From: the human T2T-CHM13v2.0 reference genome, Homo sapiens
DNA length: 64,000 bases
NCBI RefSeq assembly: GCF_009914755.1
Contig: NC_060941.1
Strand: one strand, 5' to 3'
Shown here one piece after another: positions 16,613 to 32,204 of this stretch (the stretch's first letter is position 1; the number at the start of each line of letters is the position of its first letter). The position numbers were made by a program, and so were the translations under genes. The notes below the pieces were generated by a model. The model ran no database searches. It saw only the letters and a list, made by a program, of their open reading frames with translations, and was not told the DNA's origin.

Positions 16613-18039
16613 TGATGATTGCATGGAAGGCAGTTGAGTAAAAGGCATTGGAGGAGGAAGGAGATGAAGAAAGAAAGAAATAGAGCAATGGCTTAGTTTG
16701 GGCCATTGGGGCATTCAGAAGGGTGAGCATTAGTGGGCCAGGGAAGAGACAGTTAATGAAGGTGTACTAGGAGTGAGCAGGAGCTGAGGGACGCTTATTC
16801 CTAGCGGGGAGCCTGTGCTGGGGAGACTTGCTGAAGGAGAGACTGGGCTGAGTCCAGGGGAGTGCAGAACTGCCAGACTGTTGAGGTCAGTTGGCAAACA
16901 GGGCTGTTTCAACCCGAAATTGAGAGGCTGCATCTGGAATACAGCAGAAAGAGGACTGAGCCGTTCTTGGGGTAGAGATGAAGGGAAGTCAGCCCGTTAG
17001 CCTGGGACTGAAACAGGGAGGCATCTTTAAATGCCTCTTCTATCAATAAACCCTGACAGACTCACCTAAATATTGTTACAGCGTTTCCCTAATTTGTCTT
17101 GTTGTTTCTAATGTATATCCCCAGGACCCCTTACCCCACTAGCAATGGCTCAATTATCTAGCCCTGTAGGGAAATATTGTAATATGGTTTTGTTTTTTTT
17201 TTTTTTTTTTTTCAAATTCAAGTTTAGTTTTCTGAGTGCAGAGGCCTAATTTGACTCTGTTTTTCACTGGACTCTTTCTAAAAAATCACTGTCTTTTTTT
17301 TCTTGTCACTTAAATGTAGTCTAACTTTTTATTTAGGAAACACAGTCATTTTGCTTGTCTGCAGTGCATGGAGAGTCCGTTAAGGTTGCTAAGGTGCGGA
17401 CCTTTCTGTTCCCAGCCCGAAGCTGGAGGTCTGTGGTTCCCCCATGGCTGTCTTGCTGCTTGCTGCCGAGTCTGCCCATCACTGCCTTGGCCTCACTCCC
17501 AGTTGCAGCCGGCCCTGGCCAGGGCTCTTTTCATTCTCCATTGTATTTTCTTTCTGCTTTTTTTTTTCTCAGCCACATCTCCACTCTTGACCCCCTGTGG
17601 CTCACTCTTTTAGCCATCCCCAGGTAATGAGAAGGCTCCTTCTCCCTGGTCAGTGAACTGATTGTTTGCGGGGCCGGATGTCCTCCTGCTGCTTTAACTC
17701 ATCCTGGCGCTTTGCAGCATTGCTCAGAGGGATTTGTCTTCATTGCCGGAGGTGGAGTTGCCTTTCCTTTTTCGCCTCTCTTTTCTTCTGTCCTTGGGAT
17801 TCATGGCATTTCCACACACTGAAGTTGTTAAAAATAAAGGCTTCCTTGACAACGGAGGTGTTAGTAGGTGTAGGGCTGGCTGGGTGTAGCTGTTGCAGGT
17901 GATCAGCCATGTGTGGCGTGCCAAGGTTAAGGGCAAAGGCCGGCACTCCCGGGTTACAGTCTTTGAAAGGGATACTACCGATCTTTCGATGACAGTGGAG
18001 AAAAGCTGTAAAGGAGCGTTTTTCTCTTTCTTTTAGCAT

Positions 18040-18340
18040 TATGAAGGGCATGGATTTTGGAGCCAGGCTACCTGGGTTCAAATCCCTGCTCTTCCACTTA
18101 CTAGCTGTGTAGTCTTAGGCAAATTACTTAACATCTCTGTTTTTTAATCTGTAAAATGGGGATGATACTGGTATCCAGGACATAGAGTTAATACTAGTAT
18201 TATATGCTATATAATATACATCATATAAATGTTACATATAATATATAGTACATAAACTATACATAGATAGTTAATATATGTAAAGGCTTTAAAAAAGAAG
18301 TGGTATACAGCAAGCAGGTGCTGTGGAAGAGTTTACTGTT
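18040..18340 (+). mobile_element. MIR with AT-rich internal expansion
   Basis: ggagccaggctacctgggttcaaatccctgctcttccacttactagctgtgtagtcttaggcaaattacttaac. Confidence 0.85.
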
Positions 18341-18443
18341 ATTTTTCTTTGTTTTGCAGAAGTTTTTTTGTGTGGGGAGGTATATTTGAGTTAAAAGCAG
18401 GGATGATTATTACTCCTCAGAGTCCTCTGAGGTGTTGGTTGTC

Positions 18444-18513
18444 CTTTCTTTCTTTTTTCTTTCTTTCTTTGTCTTTCTTTCTTTGTCTTTCTTTCTTTCT
18501 TTCTTTCTTTATT

Positions 18514-18545
<32 letters not shown>

Positions 18546-18563
18546 TTTCTTTCTTTCTCTCTC
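18444..18563. repeat. (TTTC)n microsatellite, tail of the older Alu
   Basis: Direct reading of the sequence. Confidence 0.9.
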
Positions 18564-19205
<642 letters not shown>

Positions 19206-19669
19206 TTTCTATTCTTATTTTAAAGATACAGCATTTTACAAGCAGTAGGCACTGCATGAATTCATGTAGTTTGATTTAAAAATGAATCACAATAAAGTAC
19301 TCGGCTTGACTCTGAGTCTGAGGCAGTAGCATCCGAAAAGGTTGGTCTCCAAGTTGCCTGGCCAGGAGGTAACCAGATGGTGCACCTGCACCCTCCCCTT
19401 GGACCAGCAAAAATTGCTCCTGTTTCCACAAGTGCTTTTTTCCTTGATACAGAGACCCTTGGGTTTGGGATGAAGCCTTAGAGGTCATGCCCTGTCCCAG
19501 CCTTCATCCATGCTTTGCCTCTCTGAAACAATCTGGAAGTAGGACGTGGGAGGTCAAACTTATGATTCACATTTGGGGCAACGGAATGTCTTTTCCTTGA
19601 GACATTTTTAAGACTTGTACTTCATGATAAAGTTGAGCTAGGAAGTGGGGCCAATTTTTTTTTTTTTTT

Positions 19670-20090
19670 AGTTTATTCATTAAACACATCTCATGAGTAT
19701 ACTTTTTGCCAGTTACTAAAAATATAAATAAGACCCTGCCCTCAGAGTAGTTACAGTCTAGACAGTAGAGTTTTGTAAACAGAAATATGTAATAAAATAT
19801 AAGAAGAGCACTATGATAGAAAGTATTTATGACACATGCAGACACACAAAAAGGAGGGTTCTGCTTCACCTTTGAGTGAAATGGGATGGGTGGAGGTGAA
19901 TCCTGAAAATGTTTATGGAAGAGATTTTATGTGAGCTGGATCCAGAGCATTGAGTAGGTTTGCATGAGTCAGACAGGGAAAGGAAACATACTCTAGACAG
20001 AGAAAACAGCGTGAATAAGGGCACAGAACCTCAGCGCATCCTGGAGGTCTGAGATTTGCAAGAATTTGTCATGGCTGAAGCGAAGGCAAA
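19670..20090 (-). mobile_element. L2
   Basis: ttattcattaaacacatctcatgag...agaccctgccctcagagtagttacagtctag antisense L2 3' end. Confidence 0.65.
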
Positions 20091-20127
20091 CAATTAGAGT
20101 TAACAATAGCGAATGGTCAGGGGCTAT

Positions 20128-20335
20128 CAGTGGTGTGCTCAAGCTGGCTTGTGTCTGGCTTATGGGAACTGGGTATTAAATAGCCAGTCATTTTGCAAGC
20201 CGGTTGCAAGCCGGTGGTAGCTGGAGATCAACAGTGGTGGAAATATTTGCACCGTGGAAATCAGCAAATGCTACACATTAGGGCCTTCTCTCCCCACCCC
20301 ACAAACCAAAGAGCTGCTTTCGCAGCAGATCACTG
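20128..20335. mobile_element. MER63A-like hAT DNA transposon
   Basis: TIRs cagtggtgtgct ... agcagatcactg; internal ggaaatcagcaaatgctac. Confidence 0.75.
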
Positions 20336-20463
20336 ATTGTGACCCCTTGATGCGACTCTAAAAATTATTTTAGGACTCTTCAGTGCAGGCGATGAGAAGT
20401 GAATGTGGAAAGGTTGGCAGGGAAGAAACATGGTCAGGTTTGTAATCTAGAAAGACAGCTCTC

Positions 20464-20870
20464 TGTTTTTGGTCTTGCCCTTCAGGAAAGAGACCCAAGA
20501 GGGGAGATTTGCATACAGGAAGTTTACTGGGGAGTGTTCTTGGGACCAGCATTTGAGGGGACGCTAACAAAGCAGGTTTGGGCAAAGGAGGAGTTGAATG
20601 AGGAACCAGCTGTAACAGATTCACCTGGTCCCACAGGGAAGCTTTGGAGGTGGAGTGGCCCTATCCAGAGAGGCAGAGAGGTCAGGCCTTTATACCCCTG
20701 TGCTGAGCATGACTGGATACAGGCTGCCCCTGCAGAGGGGCACATAACCATAGTGAAGTGGTTCTCTTTCCCTGAGGGCAGTTCCTGGAGAAGGCTCAGC
20801 AACTAGAGGAGAGAGTGCCTCAGGCTGAAGGTGATTCTGGTGGTGCACTCCAGCATGCACTGCACACCGC
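20464..20870 (-). mobile_element. ERVL LTR (LTR16A-like)
   Basis: agatttgcatacaggaagtttactggggagtgttcttggga...ggcctttatacccc pattern. Confidence 0.6.
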
Positions 20871-21054
20871 TGGCAGTCTGGAGAATGTATGAGATCCCTG
20901 GAGGTGGGTGGCAAGGAGGCTGTTGGGAGTGTACTGTAATAGTCCATGTTGAAGATGATGAAGGCCTGAGCTAAAGTAGCAGCGGTGGGGATGGAGGCAG
21001 TAGGAATGCGGCAACAAGAGTGTAGGTAGAGTCTATGGACAAGTTCCCCTAACG

Positions 21055-21274
21055 CAGTGCTTCTCAACGGAGGGTGGGAGGTTACCCCTAGGGTACATTT
21101 ACAACATCTGGAAGCAGTTTAGGTTTTCATAACTGGGGTAGGGGGAGGGTGTTACTGGCATCTAGTGTGTACAGGCCGGGGATGCTGCTGAGTATTTGAT
21201 ACTGCCCAGGACCATCCCCACAATAAGAATGGGCAAGCTCAAAATGTCAGTAGTACTGAATTTGACACATTCTG
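21055..21274. mobile_element. MER20 hAT-Charlie DNA transposon
   Basis: cagtgcttctcaac start; ctggcatctagtg...ggccggggatgctgct; 8-bp TSD ccctaacg / ccctaatg. Confidence 0.85.
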
Positions 21275-22172
21275 CCCTAATGATATTAGGAGTAAGGGAA
21301 AGGAAGTATAAGATGCCTACCTTCTCTGTTCCTGCCTTGGATGTCTGAGTATTGAATCCACAATTCATTACCAGATAGCTAAAGGGAAGATAATAATTTA
21401 CAGGTGGATAGAGAAGAGACCTTTCATCTTGTAAGCAAATGCGTATCACATTGTTTTTAAAGCCCTACCTGCCTCATAGGAAAATTTCAAGAAATCTAGA
21501 TAACAGTAGATTCACATGTCTTTCCCACTGTCTTCCTTCCAGAAGATTAAAGTGGAGTTTCATTTCTGTTTAAAAACACAGAGATAGGTGTAGGTGAAAG
21601 CAAGCAAATAATAAGACAGATGAGGGGCTCTTACAATAGCCTCTGTTTTTTGCTACCATAGTAAAAATTTTGCAAAGAAATAGTAGAACTATGGGGATAA
21701 TTTTAAAATGGATTGTTTAGGTTTTAGCAAAGTAGCAAAGCAGATGATGACAATTAAATTTAATTAGGCAAAAGCAGAAGTTGATTAGGGCGATAAGGAT
21801 TTAGGTCGTACCAAAGCATAATATAAAATGTCTTTGTTTGCGTCTTAACATTGGCATATTCAATTATAGTCAGTTGGTGATGACTTTGGTGCTGTCTTTC
21901 ATTTGGCCGAAAGCTGGTTATTGCATAGAGTGACAGCCTCAACCAGGTGCTCTGTGATGTCCCTGTCATAGCTAAGAAGCCAACACCATTTAAGCGTTGG
22001 GACGAAGTGACTCATGGAGACACTTTGCCTTTTGCTGGGAATTACCTGATGACGCAGAGCAGGAGTTTGGCAGGAACAGGAGTGCAGATTTCTGGGATAG
22101 GCACTAGTGGGAGGAGAATAAAAGGGAGATGCATTAATTCCTGGTATGACAAACTACGTGATAGAACTAGAG

Positions 22173-22373
22173 CAGTGGTCTGAAAACTTTTTCTGTGAAA
22201 GGCCACATAGTAAATATTTAAAATTTTGCAGGCCATACAGTCTCTGTGGCAACTCTGCTGCTGTGAAGGCAGGCAGATGACAGGCAAATGAATCCAAGTG
22301 CTGCATTCCAATAAAACTTTATTTACCAAAAGAGGTGGTGGGCCAGATTTGGCCCTTGGGCAGTAGCTTGCTG
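22173..22373. mobile_element. MER58A
   Basis: aaactttttctgtgaaaggccacatagtaaatattt...ccaataaaactttattt...gggccagatttggccc. Confidence 0.85.
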
Positions 22374-22719
22374 TTAGGTGTACTTGAAAAAATGATTTTG
22401 CTGCACTTAAAGGAAGGTGTGGACATGGAGATGTAGGTTCGACTGTAAGACTGATGATTAAGGGGGTCAAACACATTCATTTTCTTTCCTTTATTTTGGC
22501 CTCTTTCTCCTGCTCACCTCTCTCCTTTTAAGTAATTTAGAATGCATATGTATGCATATATATTTGAATTGCTTATTGATTGATAATTTTCTATTCTTTT
22601 TTGGAAGTCTTGAATAGTAGGAGAAACCTTTTCTAGTCCTCTCTTTTAGCCCTTTGTAAATGCAATTTAGCAATTTTTGTCTTGGGTATAGTTCTTAGTT
22701 ACATTTTCTTCTACTTGCC

Positions 22720-22884
22720 ATTCACCTTGGGTGTAAATTACAATTACCTGGGAAACTTTTAGACATCTCAATGCCCAGGCTGAGTTTGGAACAATTAATC
22801 AGAACTCCAGGGATAGCCCAGGCATCATTATATTTTAAAGCTTCCCGGGGGATTCCAATGTGCAGCCAAGGCTGAGAATCACGT
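22720..22884. mobile_element. MER5-family DNA transposon
   Basis: aaagcttcccgggggattccaatgtgcagccaaggctgagaatcac terminal motif. Confidence 0.7.
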
Positions 22885-23296
22885 CCTTGGATTTAAAGAA
22901 GAAAGAAAAGTCCTGAACATTTGCTTTAGATGCTGGAATAAAGAAGGAAATTTACCCATGTAGGTAACCTTTATGGCCCTCCAGTTATAGCCACAAACAT
23001 AGGAGTTTTCAGATTTTAAAGGCTATTTTCAGAAAAACGTATTTCCTAGTGACACGGTCAAAAACTCTTTGTTGTGGTTTGGTAGGAGCAATAAAAGAAA
23101 TATCAGGAAGCTATTGGGATTTGACTGATGTCTATATTTCTAGCCAGAAGCGCTTCCTCCATCAGTGAGTGTGGTGACAGCCTTTGAGCTTTGTGAAAGC
23201 TTCCAGGTTCCAGTGATTAAGCCATTACTCCTAGAAGCCAGTCTTACCAGAGAAAATGATCAGGGCAGATGTTCTCACTGTGTCCGGAGGGCATAG

Positions 23297-23643
<347 letters not shown>

Positions 23644-24144
23644 TAACTGATGATATTTCTTAGAGATAACCTATTTGACTAAGCTAAAGGTAATTTTTGT
23701 TATTAAGGCAACATAGGACAATTCAAAAGGTAAATTCAAGGACTATTTGATAAAAATATGTGGAAATTCATTTGAAGATATAGATATGGGTATAATAATA
23801 TTTTGCAGGTAGGAACATTTTAAAGGGATCTTATGGCATTTTGCTTACAAACATCGTTCTTTTCGTTTTACAAATAGAAGGTCTAATCTTATGACACTGA
23901 ATTGCTCAAGCATTTAATAGGCTAAATTTCAAAGACTTAGTGCTTTCTTTCCTAAGCAAGAGTTGGAGAGTCATTCTTACTATTATTATTGTTTTTTTTT
24001 TTGGTGGAGGGGAGGTAAGGGTACAATGTTCTGAAGAATTTTCCAGCTAGGAGCAAACTATTTTTAATGCCTATTGCAACTTCCCAAGCTCCATTATATT
24101 GGAGATATGAGAGTTGCTTCATTTAGTGAGGGATAATGGAAAGA

Positions 24145-24570
24145 GATTAGGATTCTGTCCACTGCATGTAAACAAACACCCAACAAAAGTGGTTGCAACA
24201 ATAGGGATTTATTACACCCTTTATGAAGATAACTGGATTTATACTGTTCCAGGGCTGATTAATTCAGTAGTTTAGCCATGCCCTGGTGAGGGATGGTATC
24301 CCTGCAATTCCTGATTACCTGACTTTTTCTTTCTGGTCACAGGAGGGCTACTGTAGCTCTAAATATCATGATGTAATATGACAACCTCGAAAGGCAGGAA
24401 GAGAGGACAGTATTTCTCCCCTGAGTCTCATTATTTTTAATCAGGAAGGAAATCTTTTCAGGAGCTCCCAGCCGACTTTCTCTTAGGTTTCGAACCTGGA
24501 GCCCAAAGCTGTGTCACTTTTTCATTCTCAAACCTGTCCTGTCAAAGGCGGGGCATTATGGTTGGCGTAA
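24145..24570 (-). mobile_element. Old MaLR LTR (MLT1J/K-like)
   Basis: ttaggattctgtccactgcatgtaaacaaacacccaacaaaagtgg resembles an antisense MLT1 terminus. Confidence 0.45.
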
Positions 24571-24573
24571 ACT

Positions 24574-25175
<602 letters not shown>

Positions 25176-26427
25176 TAGTGGACCTTCTAGGAACCTGGCT
25201 GTGGCTGGTCTGGAGCGGTGAGTGCCTATGCTTCGGGCCTCTTTGGCGGAAAATAACACCTGTGTCTTGAGATGTCTCTTCTGTTCCATTACAGAGAAGA
25301 AACTTGGTTAGGGATGGCCTGGGGTTTGTATTGAGTCTTATTTTAAAGTAAGGCAATTTTATGTCTTTAGAACTTCAGGAAATCATTGATTCTAGAGATT
25401 GGCTTGAATTACCCTTCTCCATTGTAATTATCAGATATTGAAACTCATTAGAGTTTGGTCTACTCAGAGCTACCCAACTGTGACGTTCATAAGGTGGATG
25501 GTAATTGGAGGGTGAGGTGTTGTTGTGTACAGAGATTTGCTTGACTGGATCAATTGTTTTCTCAGTGGGGTCTAGGCATCTGGTGATGTCTGCCCTAAGT
25601 GATTTTTCCCCACTGGTCTGTCACCACTAAACCCTGTTATTTCTACCCAGAGATGTCTCCCCACCTAGCCTTCCTCCTTCATCCTAGTTAATTGCTTTCT
25701 TGTGGGTATTGACCATTTCATGAGTACTCTTACCCCACCTGCCCTTATCTAGAGATGTTTTTCATCACTCTACAAATCCCTGCCCTGCACTGCTGCTGAC
25801 TATCTTCCTACAACACATCTGTCCCCACACTTCCGTTTTAAAGTTGTCCCTGCTGCTTCCTTTGGACACTTCCATTTGACTGATAAATGCCAGCTTCTTA
25901 GCTTGGACGCCCTACCTGACCTACTGCTTCACGGCCGTGCATACGGAATCCTCTCACAACCCACGTTTTTGCATATGCTGTTCCCTTCTAGAACATCTCC
26001 TTTTCCTTGTGGAACCATCCTCTCTGATCTAAATCAAATGTCTTCTCTGTGAGACCTCCTCAGCAAGAGTTCCTACCCCAGAGAGACTTCAGCATCTCTC
26101 TACAACGGTGGTTTCTTCTGTTGAAGGATGCAGCTTGGGATTTAGCAGATCAAAGCATGGCCCCTGCTAGTCCTTCTAATTACCTTTGTGCATTAACAGG
26201 AAGCATTTGAGGAAGGACTCCCACGCCAGCACCATTACACTATTTTCCCTGTCTTATCTGATGCCTGTGGACACGTTTATCCCCTAGGTTGAGTGGTATT
26301 TACCTGGAAATCTTCAGTGTTTGGCCCACAGTTGGTATTTGTATGAATGTCTGAATGAACATAGGAGCTCAAGTTGGAATTTTCATAGGGGATCCTCTTC
26401 TTATTAAAGTCTGTCCTTCCCTGGGGG

Positions 26428-26885
26428 CTTGCTACTCCAAGTATGGTCCCTGGACTTGCAGACCAGCAGCCTGGCAACATCAGGGAGCTTGTTAGAAATG
26501 CAGGCTTGCAGCTGGGTGCAGTGGCTCACACCTGTAATCCCAGTTCTCTGGGAGGCCGAGGCAGGAGGATCACTTGAGCTAAAAACAAACAAACAAACAA
26601 ACAAAAATTAGCTGGGCACGGTGGCCTGTGCCTGGAATCTCAGCTATTCAGGAGGCTGAGGCTGGAGGATTGCTTGAGCCCAGGAGATAGAGGCTGTGGT
26701 GAGCTATGATCACACTACTCCAGCCTGGGTAACAGAGTGAGATGCTGTCTCAAAACAAAACCAAAACCAAAACAAAACAAAAGAGGCAGGATCTCCAATC
26801 TCACCCCAGAGCTGCTGCATCAGGATCTGTCTTCTAGCAATGTCTGCAGAAGATTCCTGTGCACATTAAAGTTCGGGAAGCACTG
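26428..26885. mobile_element. MER5A split by an Alu
   Basis: gaccagcagcctggcaacatcagggagcttgttagaaatgcag ... gcacattaaagttcgggaagcactg. Confidence 0.8.
26510..26783 (+). mobile_element. Alu (AluJ) with internal left-arm deletion
   Basis: gatcacttgagct joins directly to an (AAAC)n linker; J diagnostics in the right arm. Confidence 0.9.
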
Positions 26886-26970
26886 CTCTAGGCTGGTCTC
26901 AAATTATGGCCCATTACTACCTATAACACAATACCTTAGAATTAAGGGAGTCCTAACAAAATTGCAACTG

Positions 26971-27305
26971 CCTTTCTTCCTTCCTTCCTTCTGTCCCTCC
27001 TTCTTTCTTTCATTTTTTTCTTGGAGGCAGAATCTTGCTCTGTCGCCCAGGCTGGAGTGCAATGGTGCCATCTAGGCTCACTGCAACCTCCGCCTTCTGG
27101 GTTCCAGTGATCCTCGTGCCTGAGCCTCCCAAGTAGCTGGGGCTACAGGTGCCCGCCATCAAGCCCGCTAATTTTTGTATTCTTAGTAGAGATGGGGTTT
27201 CACCATCTTGGCCAGGCTGGTCTCAAACTCCTGTCCTCAAGTGATCTGCCTGTCTCGGCCTCCCAAAGTGCTGGGATTCCAGGCGTGAGCCACTGCACCC
27301 TGCCG
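26971..27305 (-). mobile_element. Alu (AluS/J) inside a probable second MER5 copy
   Basis: Antisense dimer; flanks resemble MER5 (actgaatcagaatccc...gattcttatc). Confidence 0.92.
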
Positions 27306-28362
27306 CTCCTTCTTTCTTAAAATGTACATTCAAGGACCTGCCCTCTACCTACTGAATCAGAATCCCAGTGGGGAGGGCCACTGTATTTTAAACAAATACC
27401 TCAGGAGATTCTTATCACCCTGAAGTATAAGGACCACATTCCAGGGCAAATTTTAACTCTTTAGTTGTCTCTGATTTTCCCCAAAACCGTGGACTGAAGA
27501 TGCTCACCTTCAAAATTAGTGTTAACTCTGTTGTGGTCTATACCCATCTACCTTTCCAGTTTCCCTGTTGCTGTTAATAGCACTATCGTTCTCCTACTGT
27601 CCCTAGATTTCTACCTGGCTTTCATTCCCATTATTGAAATACTCTTACCTTGTGCAGTGTCTCCACGTTTCAGGAAAGAAAAGAAGAAGTTTTTGTTAGC
27701 ATCTGTGGCCTTTTCTAGTAATTGTCCTGTTTCTTTGCAGGTGTTACTTTCCTGTCAAGTTCATGGTGTGTCGCCCCTGTCCTCGTTCTCTGTTGTAGTC
27801 TGCCTTCTCTTCCCACTTCTCCACCAAAACTCTTCTCTCAAAAGTCACCAGGGACTTCCTTATTTTCAAATTCACTGACCTTTTGGAGCACATTAAAGCA
27901 AACCTCTTAGAGGTTGGCAACCTTATAAAAAAATTTGTATTTGGTTCTAACCTCCTTTGCTGGTGTGCAAAGTTGAACATGAATAGCAACCTCTAAGCCA
28001 GAGAGAAATTGGATCTTACTGTGTCTTTACTTGCCAGCCCCCAGGGTAGGAAAGTAGTTGGTCACTGAAAGTTTTTATACTTAAAAACGTGTTTTACAAA
28101 TTCAGGTTTACTGTGATTTTTTTTAAACATTAAGCTAGTTATTTTAATTTCTAATTCCTTTGATTACTGAATTCCTTCAGGCAAATAATTGCCTGTACTT
28201 TTCTTGTGATGGTTAATATTATGTAGTTGATTCTAACTAGAATTTTCCCTTGTTTTCTGGAATGCACCCATATTCAGAGTAACTAAATAAGTCATTATCT
28301 TTCCTTTGAGAATATGGGAACTAAATCTTTACAATTCAAGGAAAAGAGAAGAACTTAGATTA

Positions 28363-29540
<1,178 letters not shown>

Positions 29541-29543
29541 TAG

Positions 29544-29850
<307 letters not shown>

Positions 29851-31056
29851 GGGGTGCAGTATTAAGAAGTGACATAGAGTGGTAGAAACCTGGAGAATAG
29901 GTTGCCGTGGGTGAGCCGCACGGGGAAAGAATAGGCTGAAGACAGAATCAACCTTTGATCAGGAGGAGTGAAGGAAGAGCTCCTTAGAGAAGTAGGATGT
30001 GATACAGATTCAAAACACTCAATATCCCTTTCTGACTAACAAGAAAGTCCTTTTTCTACTATAAAAAGCATATAGTAAAAGATGTGAGTGGTATTCCCTT
30101 ATTCCTTTGCCTTCTGGAGTAACTCACAGCAAATTGACTCCCCTTTCAACAAGACAGCTCTTGAAATGATTGAAAGAAAACTCTCATGACTTTCCTTAAT
30201 CTCTTCCTCCCTGGTTTATGTACTCCTGGGTGTCCTCACTGCTCTGTATGTGACATGGTTTCTAAACCACTCACCTGCCCTGTGAACATAGCCAGCAGCA
30301 CGTGGTCCCGATGCAATGGAAAGAATGAGGGCAGTGACTGGCCCTGTCTTCATCCTTTTCTCCTTCAGCGGAGATTTATTTCTTCCAATTTCTGCAGCCA
30401 ACTCTGTGGGAGTTGTTGGGTTGGTGAACCCGAGGGGTGGAAGAGACAGCTCTGGGACCACTGAATAGCCTAGCTTTGTTTAGGGGCATGTTTTCCTGAC
30501 TGTTTATGGTGCCTGACAGGGTTGTTTTTGTTCTGGGGAGAGCTCATTTGATAAAGCAGGCTGCTGAGAAAGCTGTGGGGCTCCACTTTTTCTGGGGATA
30601 TCTCCAAGGCCCCCCAGGGAGCTGCGATTTAGCATCCCGCAGGCACCCCTTGCTCACGGAGGTCATCTGAGGCCCTTTGCATCCTCGTCCCAAGTCTAAC
30701 TCAGATAGTGGAGGGGAGAGAAACTGTTGCCAGCTTCACCAGCTTAATAGTAGTCAGGAAGGAGTTCAGGCCAGCAAGATTCCATTTTAATCGTCAATCA
30801 CACATTACCAAATAAAAAAGAAAGAAAAAGCTGCAGCTGTGTGCCACTCTTCATAACTTTTCCTCCGTGGTTGGCAGTCAGATTGCTTTCTTTTGCAGAA
30901 AACACGATGTCAGGTTTAGTCAGAATTTATGTGTAGAAATTCGCAAGGAGGCAGTTTGGAAAGGAAGGTGAAATTAGTGAGGTTTTAGTTCGCACTTGGG
31001 ACGAATTACAGACATTCGGGATGGTGGCATGCGAAAGTATGCTGCATTTTCCTTCT

Positions 31057-31072
31057 CAGCGCCCCCTGCTTC
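31057..31072 (-). promoter_or_regulatory. Candidate CTCF-binding motif
   Basis: Minus strand GAAGCAGGGGGCGCTG versus the CTCF core CCAGCAGGGGGCGCTG; lies in unique, relatively CpG-retaining DNA. Confidence 0.4.
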
Positions 31073-31763
31073 ATCTCATAGCCCTGGGCACATTGCAGAA
31101 TCCTTCACAGGCAGGGTTTAAATATAGCAAGGCACAACACTGGCCATAGAGGACACGAGAACCTCTACCTCAGTTAGCAGGGGACAGGTTAGCACCTCCT
31201 CTATCCAGGGGATGGACTCTGGTCAGCTGATTGGTGGCACGTACATTATTACGAGAGTAAAGAGATGCTTGGCTGGTCTCTGTGGACTCCAGCACATGCA
31301 GTCCCTCCATAAAACGACAAGAGAACACAGTGTGCTACTGAACGCCACTAGATCTGTATTGAGCCATCTACGTTTTCCTCTAGAGCCATGACAAAGATGG
31401 TTTTTCAAGTGAATTCTAGACCAGCCATCTAAGGAGCTTTAGGTTCAAGTCCCATTTCCACCCCATTTGAGTTTGACGGCCTTGGGTCACCTTCTCAACC
31501 ACTCAGAACTACGGTTTCTTTTTCAATATGTGTATAGGCCATGGATATTTTTGCCCTGCATACGTGACCCTGTGTGATTAAGTCTCGGCCTCATTTCTGG
31601 GCCTCTCCTGCACTGTTCTCCTTTTTCACACTCCGGGCGTCAGCTAGATGTTCTGCAAAGCCCTTGGATTTTCCACCTTCATGCTCTTGTTCTTGCTGCT
31701 TTCCTTCCCCTTGCCCTTAGAATGCCCTTTTCTCCATATTTGCCTTTAAGAAGTCATGTTTTT

Positions 31764-31872
31764 GGCCGGGCATGGTGGCTCATGCCTGTAATCCCAGCAC
31801 TTTGGGAGGCTGAGGCGGGCGGAAAACGAGGTCAGGAGATCGAGACCATTCTGGCCAACACAGTGAAACCCC
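31764..31872 (+). mobile_element. Alu left-arm fragment (AluSc-like), 3'-deleted
   Basis: ggccgggcatggtggc...gagatcgagaccattctggccaac ends abruptly at aaacccc. Confidence 0.92.
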
Positions 31873-32204
31873 ATGTGAAAGAGGCCCAGCAATGACTTGT
31901 CTTTTTTTTTTTTTTTTTGCCTTTCATGGGCAGCACGCAGGGTGCTTTCTGGCTGATAAATCCATACGGTCAGGATTGGCTGACTCCTTCACGGTAATGG
32001 GAGATGTATTTGACACTGCTGCCCCTGCTGACCTGTGGGTGCACCAGCCACCGGGACACCTCCATGAGACACAGTGTTAGAGGTTTATGGCTAAGAAACT
32101 GATTTGAAGTGTGTGAACGTGTGCCAAGAAAAAATGATTCGGCTTTTGTTATTTTATAATGTTCAGATAATCAATATGAAGCATTTTTTTACATTTTGCT
32201 TTCA

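Noticed and set aside
31901-32100. T-run as the poly(A) tail of a minus-strand processed pseudogene
   Set aside because: No polyadenylation signal, TSD or recognisable parent sequence.
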